Origin: Pristiophorus japonicus
Lineage: Eukaryota
Direction of reading: 5' to 3'
NCBI RefSeq assembly: GCF_044704955.1
Contig: NC_091991.1
Location: 69,936,001-70,000,000 of the forward strand
Length of the DNA stretch: 64,000 nucleotides
A program made the position numbers and the translations under genes. The notes beneath the pieces were generated by a model, which ran no database searches, was not told the origin of the DNA, and saw nothing but the letters and a program-made list of their open reading frames with translations. This document shows positions 53,089-64,000 of the stretch, piece after piece. Position 1 is the stretch's first letter, and every line of letters starts with the position of its first letter.

Positions 53089-53123
53089 CGAGAGCGAGAG
53101 AGAGAGAGACAGACAGACAGACA
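53089..53123. repeat. (GA)n(GACA)n simple repeat, CU-rich in the pre-mRNA just downstream of the microexon
   Basis: gagagcgagagagagagagacagacagacagac. Confidence 0.85.
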
Positions 53124-53153
53124 AAGACTTGGCAGCATACACCTAGCACTTAC

Positions 53154-53165
53154 CCTTGGCTCCAG
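53154..53165 (-). CDS. CADPS2: 12-nt alternative microexon CTGGAGCCAAGG (SQF-SGAKD-ADRAQ when included, SQF-Y-ADRAQ when skipped)
   Basis: acceptor ...ttgctttgctaacatgtag, donor gtaagt; phase 1 to 1 and frame-preserving; lies at the junction where CAPS proteins carry SGKD/SGLKD inserts (recalled). Confidence 0.85.
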
Positions 53166-54216
53166 CTACATGTTAGCAAAGCAAGGAGAATAAAGCATAT
53201 TGAGGTGAAACAAATCGACAATAGAAAGATGTAGGGCTGTGCCGATCAAACAGAACTGATGCAACCGATTAAAGGGCTTTGGCGTCAGGTTGAAGTGTTT
53301 GGCAGAGCATTTTAACATGTCCTTGGACAGACATGGCTACAATGAAGAGCCAGCTGTTACGGCATGCCGCTGCTGATTGTGACTGGTGCCATAAAATAAT
53401 TTTATTTTTAATTGTTTTTAAAAAAATCTAAGATTAAAATGCACAAACTACACGGATACAATATCGCACAGTGCAACTTTGTCACGGTGGACGACAAAGC
53501 AGCAATGTAGCAGAATTGTTTGGTGTGGGCTCTTGCTGGGTTCCTCCAGAAAGTACACCTGGCCAACACTCCCCTATTGAATGGCACGGCCCCTTTAAAC
53601 ACCAACACACAGTGCAAGAAACACACAAACAATTATTGAGTTTGTCACTGAGCCAGTGATGACAGGTGGGATAAAACACTCCACACACACATACTGGGGG
53701 CCTGGATATTTCAAACTTATCACATAGGAAAATGCTGCGATGATGGTACCAACAATTCAAACAGCTTCAGATGCATTCTGGGTTTGGATCTGTCCTGGCT
53801 GAAAAAATGGAATTTGAAGGATTTGGGATGCATTTAGTGTGACATTAGTTGCACAGCAGTAGATAACTCATTAAGACTGGAAATTGCATCGGTTTTAGGA
53901 GAGTTTAATATATTGTAACACACAATTAACTAAGCTCATTAACTGAATGACCATTCAATTCTACAGCAACTTGTTGGACTAAAATTAAATTTCAAACTTG
54001 ACTGATGCACAAACATACCGACAGATGGTGTAGGATCCTAGAAATGAAGGGGGTGAAACATAGATACATTAAAAGAATAAGCACAGTATATTTAGTTACC
54101 AAAACAGTGCACTAGACAGAAAGAAGTAAACGTAAGGCCTTTACAGCAGTGCAACTTAGCACATTGTGGGGGAATGTTGTGGCCTCCAACACAGGGTGTG
54201 GGTGGCATGAAGATCA

Positions 54217-54700
54217 CGGGGAAGATCTCAGCGCCCAATCCTGCCGTTGCAGTGGCCAGGGCCATTTTGGCAGTGTCTTTGGATTAGGCAGCCCGGGGCA
54301 CAGCCTGAAGCAACCTAGCAGCTAATTTGGGTATTTCAATCAGTCTCCCAGGATGTCAACAGCATCCCAATGCCATTTTAGGGTTCAACTGAATGGCACG
54401 TGCGCATTACACGCTTCGTCCAGCATTAGCTGGCAGTCCAGCCGAAGAGGAGCCCAAAGGCAAGTCCGTGTTTATTCTTGTGGGACCAGGCAGAGGAGGA
54501 GGCTGCCTGATATTGTGGCAGCCAGGGGTCAGCGGGCAGTCCCGGGGCACTCGATTTCTGCCCGCAGCTCACCAGCCCTATGTCAATGAGGGGTGTCCAT
54601 CAAAATAGACTGGGCAGTGCGTCAGCACGACTGGCCAGCTTGCTGGCCCACTCCGCAAGCTGACCACCCAGAAACCGCATGAAAGAAAAGTCCAACCCCT
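54217..54700. mobile_element. Probable GC-rich MITE remnant
   Basis: GC-rich island with ggggaagat start and aaagtccaacccc end. Confidence 0.35.
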
Positions 54701-56978
54701 TGCTTCTTTGCATCATTGTCAACATTGTACAAGACATGAGGAACATGCAAACATTCAGAAGCAGAAAGTAACAAACTGTCTCAGATCGGTCAGCTACGTT
54801 TTTTTTTACTTAAAGTTTTGTCTTGTGATAATTTTGGTGATTATCAGATGTTGGCCAATGGAAGTTTATTTTTCATTTAGCCTGCAGTCAGCATCAAGAC
54901 ATGCCATAATATGCCATACAAGATCAGGCTGGGGTGCATGCTAAAGCTGCCGCTACACTTCCAAACAATGGTGGAGATTTTCACACCACCCATTCTTGTC
55001 TTCCCTCGAAGTGAGATTGCCATTTCATGAACAATTCTACAGCAACCTCTCCTGCCACTCCCTGTATATGTCCCTGCAATCCATTTTTCTTCATGCTCAG
55101 AGTATTGAGATCACATTGGTCGAAGGCACCAAAGACATCCACGACGGGTGCTGTGCTGCCTGATATCATGAGCAAGAGCTTTCCTCGGCTCAATATCAAC
55201 CGGTAGATGCTAATTCTGTTTGGCAGTCCCTGAACCTGGTGTGTAGGCCATAAGCCACGGACAGATGCCTATATGTTTTCTGCAGGGCGAGCAGTTAGAT
55301 TAGCTGTTGTGGATCTTTTTCTTTGTGTGTGGTATGATTGAGAACTTATCGAGGTTACAATACTGGGGGGGGAAGCTGGATTTGATATTTTTTCATCTGC
55401 GCAAAAGGGAAATGGTTTAGAGAATAAGGAGGATAGGCAGTGTATTGATGTAAGCTTCTCCATATTTTCTTTAATAATTCAAGAAATGTCCTCTTATGAA
55501 ACTTGAATGGTATAATTAATATGCTGAAAGGCCACATTTAACAATGCTAATATTTGCATATGTAAATTCTATTACCTAAAAAACAGATTTTTGAAACAAA
55601 GCATACTATAGACACACAGATCATGTCTCCATATAAACTTAATCCAGAGATTTACCATTACATGGTTGGAGGAATTTAAAGTGGAAAAATCGGAAGCAAA
55701 CCTATATCAGAAATGTGAAAAAAGTGAGCATTAGTGCTGTGATCAGGACCTGCCGCTATAAAATATTTTTTTCTGATAAAAACATAAAGTAATGGGAACT
55801 GTACCAATGGTATGTGTGACCTGGGATTGCTTCATGATGTTGCTGGGTACAAGACAAAAAAAAATCAAAGTTGGTTCAAAGAGCCCGAGTTGTCCAAACC
55901 CTTTCCTGGAAGCCCTGCCCCCTGCTCCAAACACTCAAACCATAGATGGAAAATAACTTCAGGAAACTTCCAAGGAAACGTCCAGCAGTACCATTTACTA
56001 GGTAGATGGCCAAGTATACATGCTATAAAATGTTACATGCCAGCTTGTTCCACATATACTGCTAGCCCATGCCAAGCCCGAGCACCAACTCTATTTTGCT
56101 GCTTGTCATGCATGCCCATACTCCAGCAGGGAACAAATTCAAGCTGCAATTTAAATGGATACCATTGGTACACTCACATCTTCAAAGAGCTTCATATATA
56201 AAAGCATTGTGCGACAACCTTAATGCATAATCGCTGACTAACACACAGGATGGCAATATGGCCACCTTCAATTTAGGTGGTACAGTTCTGGTTATATGGA
56301 TCGGAGCCAGATATGCTGGGCCTGCCTGTTTCACTCCTGCACTTTAGCAAATGGCAAATATATCTGATATCTTAATGTGCTTATGAATAACACACTTACA
56401 ACTTTGCTAAAAATAAAAACATAGGAAATCTTATGCTTTTAATATTGCTGCACAAAGTGGCAAGAAAATATTATCCCAGCATACTGTTTTGTCAGCAAAC
56501 ACAAAGAAACGGCTACAGAGTGACAATAGCCCTTTATGAATACAGGTTCATAAACCTTGTCCTCACAGCTTCAATATTTGATAACAGAATAAGGTGAGGC
56601 CTGAAGTGATCTTTCTTGCAGCTCAGAAGGGTTGTGTTATGATAACAGCTAAGGACAAAAGAGAAGACAGAGGAAAAAGTGCTTTTATCCATCTAGGTTG
56701 CCTTTTCTTTCGGTCTTCATTAGGGTATGTGCAGACCACTTCCATTGCCCCCCTAACCTAAAATCCATCATTCTTCCCACTGCTGAATAGGAACAGCTTA
56801 AATTGCTTAGAATAGCAATAATTATACGCAAGATAATTAAACATGGAAAGCTTAACATTTGAAACATAACACTGCTGAAGAGGTTACAGGAGTCTCATTG
56901 TGTGACTAGGAAAACCGTGACATACTGCTGCTTCTGAAGAAATTAGAGCTCAAATTAAATTGTTTCTGGCATACTCAC

Positions 56979-57191
56979 AGAACTGAGAAATAGGCACATC
57001 TGGCAGTTGTGCACTTCCTCCCTTGGCATTCAGCTTCTGGACCTGGGATGGAGGGACAGGCTTGTAGGACTGGCCTGTAGCTCTGTACATCGCTTGAACC
57101 CACAGCACCCGATCCTGTTCATCATCACTTGCATACACTACTGTGTCACCTTCTTTAACTGCATTGAAGAATGCCCGGCCACCATCTAGAC
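56979..57191 (-). CDS. CADPS2: CADPS2 coding exon, end of PH domain: (G)[70 protein letters not shown]
   Basis: 213 nt; acceptor ttgcag, donor gtgagt; phase 1 to 1; open and CAPS-homologous. Confidence 0.94.
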
Positions 57192-58135
57192 CTGCAAATG
57201 AATTACCAGGATCAAGTTATAGCTTCCTTTTACATGCTCAACTCTTGTTTAAATCGTTAACTCATCCCGACTAACCATCTTCCTTCTGGAAAGCTTAAAC
57301 GTTTCTAAACTTCCTCAATGCTCATCGCTTTAAGTATAATCTGACTCGTACATTGTAAACCCTTGGCGTAACCAATGCAATCTACTGCTCTGGCTATATA
57401 TCCTAATATTCGGGTTTTTAATTACTTCTCCACTTTGCCAAGACTTTGACAATGAGATGCCCCAAGTTTACCTATGTTAATTCAATTTGATTAGTTGAAT
57501 ATTTAAGTTTCCTCTTGGTAAGTATGTAAATGTTGACTCATTCTCCTCCCTGCCACCCCTTTAGTGGTATAGAACTGCTAAAACCCTTATCAATATAATC
57601 TGGGAAGGTCAGCACTTTTAATACTTTATCCCCCAGAAAGACTTTTATTAAGAGAGGGATTTGATGGATAAAGCCTGACCCCGGTCATCTCCACTTTTCA
57701 AAGAATCATACAGCGCAGAAGGAGGCCATTCGGAGCATCGCACTCTTTGAAAGAGGTGTCCAATTAATACTCCTATTATAAATGTTTTCCTCCCCTACTT
57801 TAGCTATTGGAACAATTGAAAACAAAAGGACACATTTGACTTCAAACATCAGAAGAGGGGCCATTTGCATTTCTTTATCGTAATGTGCGCGACCGAACAG
57901 ATCCAAAAACAGCCGCAGCAAATAAAACGTGTAAAGCTGCTGAAAGTAGCAAATTTGCGCTTTGCCACAGAAACTGCACAGCCCAACTGTGATCCATCCA
58001 CATGCCTTTTACACCAAGAAAAACACTTTAGACAGCAGAATCTCTAGTGTATTCCACCCTCCTTCTATTCTATTAAAACATTCTGATTCGCAACCACAAA
58101 ATAGTCGATTGTTTTTTTCCCTCTAACAGCGATAC

Positions 58136-58244
58136 CTGGCTGTGGTTCTGTGTAGTCCACTGTGTATCCTTCCAGTTGCATTAATTCCTGGGGCTCAGAT
58201 TTCTTTTCTCTGTAACTACACATAGCAAACGTGTACTGACTAAC
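58136..58244 (-). CDS. CADPS2: CADPS2 coding exon, PH domain: [36 protein letters not shown](G)
   Basis: 109 nt; acceptor tttcag, donor gtatcg; phase 0 to 1; [13 protein letters not shown] is CAPS2-type. Confidence 0.94.
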
Positions 58245-58585
58245 CTGAAACAACAAGCAAGGCAGATTTAGCCGCAAGGACATATTACACCAGATCCCAT
58301 ATATTAAAAAAAAATATATATATATATAAAATAGGAGACAACACATAAATAATTCAGAACTATTTTCTCATTTGCAAAATTATGTGGAATAATTGCTACA
58401 TGCAAGTACATCTCCTTGGGGTAGGTGGTCTGAATAGCGGAGTTGACATACGAAGGTGTAAAACACGCGTACTACACATTTAGAAAGGTACAATTAAGTT
58501 TAATGTCGGTAGGCATGTACCTCCACTTCAAGTTTGCATCCTCGTTCTTCTAAGTTTACAACTGCAGTGGTGAAAAAGTTGGAAG

Positions 58586-61500
58586 TGTTATGTTCAGAAT
58601 AACGCCACAAGACTGTATACTGTAAGCTCAAACTGTTGTGACCTTGGTCTCTTTAATGTAACTCCAGAGTGAGGAAGCAGCATGGTAGACTGCCTTTTAT
58701 ACCTGCTTGCACAGGGTGTGCAGGTGACCCTTGGGTCTCCAACAGGTGCGCCCCTTGATGGCAAGTCTTACACATTGGTAAAGTTTACATAAATAACATC
58801 ACTCCCCCCCAAAGTCTTAGATACAAGTTATTTACAAGTTGAGGTGATCCGGGGCTCTATGATCTCGGGTTGGTCACCTGAGTTGAAGTCCTGGGTGGGT
58901 GAGTTGGTTGGATCATTGCTGCACTGCGGCACGGTTGGTCTGATCGGACTGTTGGGCATGGTGGGTTCATCCTCGTGATTAACAGCGAGGTCGATTGCTG
59001 GTTGGGTGTGTGTTGGTGGATCAATGATGGTAATGTCCTCTTCAAACTGTTCTTGGTTGTCAGTGAATCGCAGTTTGGTCTGATCCAAATGCTTTCTGCA
59101 CGTTGGTCCATTCAAAAGTTTGACAACAAACACTCTATTCCCCTCCTTGGCTAAAACAGTGCCAGCAACCCATTTGGGATCATGACCGTAATTAAGAACA
59201 AACACAGGGTCATTAACCTCAATGTCACGCGATACAGCCGCGTGATCGTGGTACAAGTTATGCCGGTGACGCTGGGTTTCTACATGATCTTTGAGATCCG
59301 GGTGGACTAAGGAGAGCCTGGTTTTAAGTGCTTTCTTCATTAACAATTCTGCAGGAGTAACCCCGGTAAGTGAATGGGGTCGCATCCGGTAGCTGAGCAG
59401 AACCCGAGATAACCGGGTCTACAGGGAACCGCCATCACGCGTTTCAAGCTCTGCTTGATAGTTTGGACTGCCCGTTCCGCTTGACCATTGGATGCGGGCT
59501 TAAACGGGGCAGACCTGACATGCTTGATACTATTGCGGGTCATGAACTCATTGAATTCTGAGCTGGTGAAACATGGTCCATTGTCACTAACAAGGATGTC
59601 GGGCAAACCAAGGGTGGTGAACATGGCCCGGAGGCTTTCAATGGTGGCAGTGGATGTACATGAAAACATTATTATACATTCAATCCATTTAGAGTAAGCG
59701 TCCACTGCTACTAGGAACATCTTTCCTAGAAAGAGGCCAGCGAAATCTACGTGGACCCTGGACCATGGTTTGGAGGGCCATGACCACAGACTCAGTGGGG
59801 CCTCCCTTGGTGCATTGCTCAACTGTGAGCAAGTGTTACATTGGTGCATGCATGACTCCAATTCGGAGTCAATGCTGGGCCACCAAACATGCGACCTAGC
59901 AATAGCCTTCATCATGATTTTTCCTGCGTGGGTACTGTATAGGTCACGTATACACGTTTGTCTGCCTTTTTGTAGCAAAACCACACGATTCCCCATAGGA
60001 GACAATCCGAATAGATGGACATGTCATCTTTGCGTCGGTAAAGCGACTTAATTTCGTCTTGCATTTCCCCGGGAACAGCCGACCAGCTCCCATTAAGGAC
60101 GCAACGTTTTACTAGTGATATCACAGGGTCCTGGCTAGTCCAGGTCCTGATCTGGCGAGCCATGACGGGTGACCCCTTGCTCTCAAAATCATCCATTACA
60201 AGAAGCAAGTCTGCAGGTTGCGCCATTTCCACCCCGGTGGTGGGCAATGGTAGCCGGCTGAGGGCATCAGCACAGTTCTCAGTGCTGGTCTGTAGCGGAT
60301 TACATAGTCATGTGCAGATAATGTTAGTGCCCATCTTTGGATGCGGGATGAAGCATTGGTGTTAATACCTTTGCTTTCTGAGAACAGCAAAATGAGCGGT
60401 TTGTGGTCGGTTTCGAGCTCGAACCGGAATCCAAATAGGTATTGGTGCATTTTCTTAACCCCGTATACGCATGCTAATGCTTCTTTCTCAACCATACTGT
60501 GGGCTCTTTCAGCCTTAGATAAACTTCTGGACACATAAGCAACCGGTTGCAGTTTGCCTGACACATTGGCTTGCTGTAACACACAACCAACCCGGTACAA
60601 AGATGCATCGCAAGCTAGTACTAAACGTTTACACGGGTCATACAATACAAGTAAATTGTTAGAACATAGCAGGTTTCTGGCCTTGTTAAAGGCTGTCTCT
60701 TGAGGTTTAGCCCAGTCGTCACCCTTGCGTAGCAATAAATGCAAAGGCTCCAGCAAAGTGCTCAACCCCGGTAGAAAGTTACCAAAATAGTTGAGGAGTC
60801 CCAGGAACGAACGCAGCTCCGTCACATTCTGTGGTTTGGGTGCATTCTTGTTGGCCTCCGTCTTGGAATCCGTGAGTCTGATGCCGTCCGCCACAATCTT
60901 TCTCCCCAAAAATTCGACCTCTGACACCAGGAAAACACACTTGTAGCGTTTCAGCCTGAGTCCCAATCTGTCCAGTCGCTTTAGAACCTCTTCCAGGTGT
61001 GTGCAAGTGTTCGGTGGTGTTGCGACCAGTGATCAGGATGTTATCTTGAAACACCATGGTGTGCGGCACCGATTTCAGCAGACTCCATCTTCCTCTGGAA
61101 GATGGCCGCAGCCGAGCGAATCACAAAAGAGCATCTGTGGTATATGAACAGTCCTTTGTGTGTGTTGATGCACGTCAATTTTTTCGAAGGTTCAGCCAGC
61201 TCCTGTGTCACGTAAGCAGAGGTTAGATCTAGCTTGGTGAACGACTTGTGAACGACATCCCCCCTGCTAGCGTAGCGAACAGATCATCCGCTTTGGATAG
61301 TGAGTACTGGTCCTGTAACGAGATTCGGTTGATCGTTACCTTGTAGTCCCCGTAGATTCTGACTGTCCCATCACTTTTCAACACCGGAACAATTAGACTG
61401 GCCCACTCGTTGAACTCGACTGGCGATATGATCCCCCCTCGTTGAAGTCTGTCCAGCTCGATCTCGACTTTCTCTCGCATCTTGTATGGAACTGCTCAGG

Positions 61501-63121
61501 CCTTGTAATGAACGGGTCGTGCAGCAGGGACGAGATGGATCTGCACTTTGGCGCCTGTGAAGTTGCCGAAGCCTGGCTCGAATAACGACAGGAATTTGTT
61601 TAGCACTTGGGCGCACGAGGTGTCATCCACCGAAGACAGTGCTTTGATGTCATTCCAGTTCCATTGGATCTTTCCTAGCCAGCTTCTGTCGAACAGCAAT
61701 GGACCATCGCCTGGTACAATCCATAGTGATAAATCATACACAGTTCCATCGTACAATACTTTCACTGCCGCACTGCCATTGACTGGTATGAGCTCTTTGG
61801 TGTAAATGCACAGCTGTGTGTGAATCGGGCTTAGTTTTGGCCTTTGTGCCTTGTTGCCCCACAGTTTCTCAAAAGCCTTCTGGCCCATAATTAACTGACT
61901 CGTCCTCGTGTCCAATTCCATGGAAACTGGAATGCCGTTTAATTTGACTTTCAACATTATCGGAGGGCTTTTGATGGTGAAGGTGTGTACTCCATACACT
62001 TCCTCTTCAGCCTCGGGTTGAGTTGCCTCTCTTACTCGTTCAGTGTGATCTGCGCCAGATCGGTCATCTTCTGCCGACTCTGCCACGTGGTGAGTCGCAG
62101 GGCATTTGCACATTCGCTGGAGGTGCCCCATTGTTCCACAGCCCCTGAACACGTAGTGCTTGAATCAACATTGATGGGCTCTATGATTGCCCCTACAGTG
62201 CCAACATGGTGTTAATGGATTCGCATTCATGCCCCATGGCGGACTCTGAGTCATCCTCTGCAGGCATGTAGGTCCTGCCATGTACAGTTCTGCCTGCTAA
62301 AGGTGTTATTTTATGCACAGTACTTGCCGGTGAGCTTCGATGCTGCAAAGATATCTGTTTAGTGTTATTGTTCGTGGACATGAAAGCCTGGGCTATCATG
62401 ATGGTCTTGCTCTGATCTGAGGATTCGGCAGACAGCAGTTTGCGAAGAATGACCTTGTGGCTGATTCCAAGCATGAAAAAATCCCGCAACATTTTCCCCC
62501 AAAAATCCAGCAAATTCGCACAGTCCCGCAAAGCATCTTAGGTCGGCGACATAGCTCGGCACGTTCTGGCCCTTGGAGCGATATTGCATGTACCTGGCCA
62601 TTAGGATGCTCTCATTCGGCTTGAGGTGTTCCCGAACCAGCGTGCACAACTCTGCATATGTCTTGTCCATTGGTTTCGTCAGTGCTAGCAGATTTTTGAC
62701 GCCGCCATATATCGTGTACCCACAAACGGTGAGGAGAATCGCCCTGCGCTTGACCGCAGTATCTTCCATATCCAGCTCATTGGCCATGAACTACTGATCA
62801 AGACGCTCAATGGAGACTTCCCAATCATCACCCTCAACAAATCTCTCAAGAATACCAATGGTAGCCATAACCGCTTGAAAGTTCGTGATCTGTTACTCGT
62901 TGCCAATTGTTATGTTCAGAATAACTCCACAATACTGTACACTGTAAGCTCAAACTGTTGTGACATTGGTCGCTTTTAATGCAACTCCAGTGTGAGGAAG
63001 CAGCATGGTAGACTGCCTTTTCTACCTGCTTGCCCAGGGCATGCAGGTGGCCCTTCAGTCGGCTATGGGTGTGCCCCCTGGTGGCAAGTCTTACACACTA
63101 GTAAAGTTTACATATATAACA
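58586..63121 (-). mobile_element. Full-length decayed Ty3/Gypsy (Mag-like) LTR retrotransposon
   Basis: LTRs 58586-58798 and 62908-63121 (TGTTAT...ATAACA); 5-bp TSD GGAAG; PBS-like TGGCAACGAG; PPT ggggggagtga; domain order gag (CCHC), PR, RT, RH, IN. Confidence 0.95.
58828..62870 (-). pseudogene. Gypsy gag-pol pseudogene with many frameshifts and stops
   Basis: CGTMGHLQRMC, MELDTRTS (protease site altered), FQDN (RT site altered), LACDAS, ETDHKPL, HVDFAG, VSDNGPCF and SNGQAER motifs. Confidence 0.92.
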
Positions 63122-63377
63122 GGAAGAATTTTTTTAATGCAGACCCTCCTTTTTAATAAACACTTCCTACTCTCTCAGGACCGCATGTAGTGCTTATCAT
63201 GATCTTGGGAGACACTCCTCGAGATGATCACTCCTCGAGCTGTTAGAGCGAATTCAACAGATCCACACTTCTAACAGGAAGACGCACACTAAGGGAGTGA
63301 GGGTCAGAGTTAAACTCACAGCACTGTCGTGCCTCTTTTCCGACCTGTGCTTCCTTTGAGCCCAGGTCCCCAATGGC

Positions 63378-63455
63378 CAAAAACAGAAAATGCTGGGGGC
63401 AGTCAGCATGTCAGGCAGCATCCGTCGAGAAAACATGAGCCAGTTGAGGCTTCAG
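63378..63455. mobile_element. Degenerate Penelope-associated repeat fragment
   Basis: aaaacagaaaatgctgg...tcagcatgtcaggcagcatc motif, recalled as a common shark Penelope-like terminal repeat. Confidence 0.45.
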
Positions 63456-63629
63456 TTATAATAAACCCCATCTTACCAATGGCCATGCTGAAATTACTTT
63501 GTGGCTCATGAGTGCAATGGAAAAAGCACTCAATCCATTTCCCCGCCTTCACAAAAATCAAAGGTATCTGCAAACCCATGGCAACTTCAGAAGAAACGAT
63601 GAATTAACCTGAATGGTTCACTCACTAAC

Positions 63630-63696
63630 CTGCACCAGGACAAAGTATCGCTTCTTCCACCGCTTCCAAACCTTCTGCCCAAGCGCATAAAGGTAC
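63630..63696 (-). CDS. CADPS2: CADPS2 coding exon, start of PH domain: (G)[22 protein letters not shown]
   Basis: 67 nt; acceptor ctgcag, donor gttagt; peptide matches the CAPS2-type [22 protein letters not shown] as recalled (CAPS1 has [18 protein letters not shown]); ends in phase 0 and joins the next exon. Confidence 0.93.
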
Positions 63697-64000
63697 CTGC
63701 AGTTAAGAACCAAGATTTTACTCTATGTAGACGACAATCATTTTCAGCACAACATAAAATAAGAATTATTTTCGGGAAAAAAAAACGAAAGATAATTTGG
63801 AGTAATCCAACTGCACTTGTTTATGTCAAAGTGAGAACGAGGGGGTCTTCCAAAGGCTCAGGGAGTTTATACAAGGTATAATGGTCCAAGGTCCAACCCT
63901 CGATCCATGATGAAATAGCTGATCTGAATCAGATCATTGGTAGGGTCGCTGAAATTGTACAGAATATCCCAGGCATTAGGAGAGAGAAAATAAAGCGAAT

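Noticed and set aside
54980-55270. Possible additional exon or coding remnant
   Set aside because: No CAPS homology, no convincing splice-site pair, and too degenerate to classify; probably an ancient repeat
63378-63480. Hammerhead ribozyme in the Penelope-like fragment
   Set aside because: The CUGANGA...GAAA core with a closing helix is not preserved on either strand

Overview
Vertebrate genomic DNA, most likely from a shark or other cartilaginous fish (inferred from the repeat repertoire: CR1 LINEs, Deu-domain SINEs, RTE, Harbinger). The whole window lies inside one minus-strand gene, a CADPS2/CAPS2 orthologue. Six constitutive coding exons (PH domain and the following region) splice in frame with GT-AG sites: 63696-63630, 58244-58136, 57191-56979, 45696-45560, 19016-18829 and 698-597. 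Two exons missed by the ORF track were found by reading the sequence: a 12-nt microexon at 53165-53154 (adds SGAKD, with neural SRRM4-type signals) and a weaker 84-nt cassette candidate at 856-773. The introns hold many transposable elements: three PIF/Harbinger elements, several Harbinger-type MITEs, at least six CR1 copies, RTE copies (one 5'-inverted), L2 remnants, SINEs, a complete but decayed Gypsy (Mag-like) element with a 5-bp TSD, a 681-bp solo LTR and a 32-bp G-rich minisatellite. I found no evidence of a wholly new gene system. The most interesting signals are the cryptic alternative exons and the unusual insertion structures. All coordinates and counts are manual; repeat family names are from recall, not database searches.
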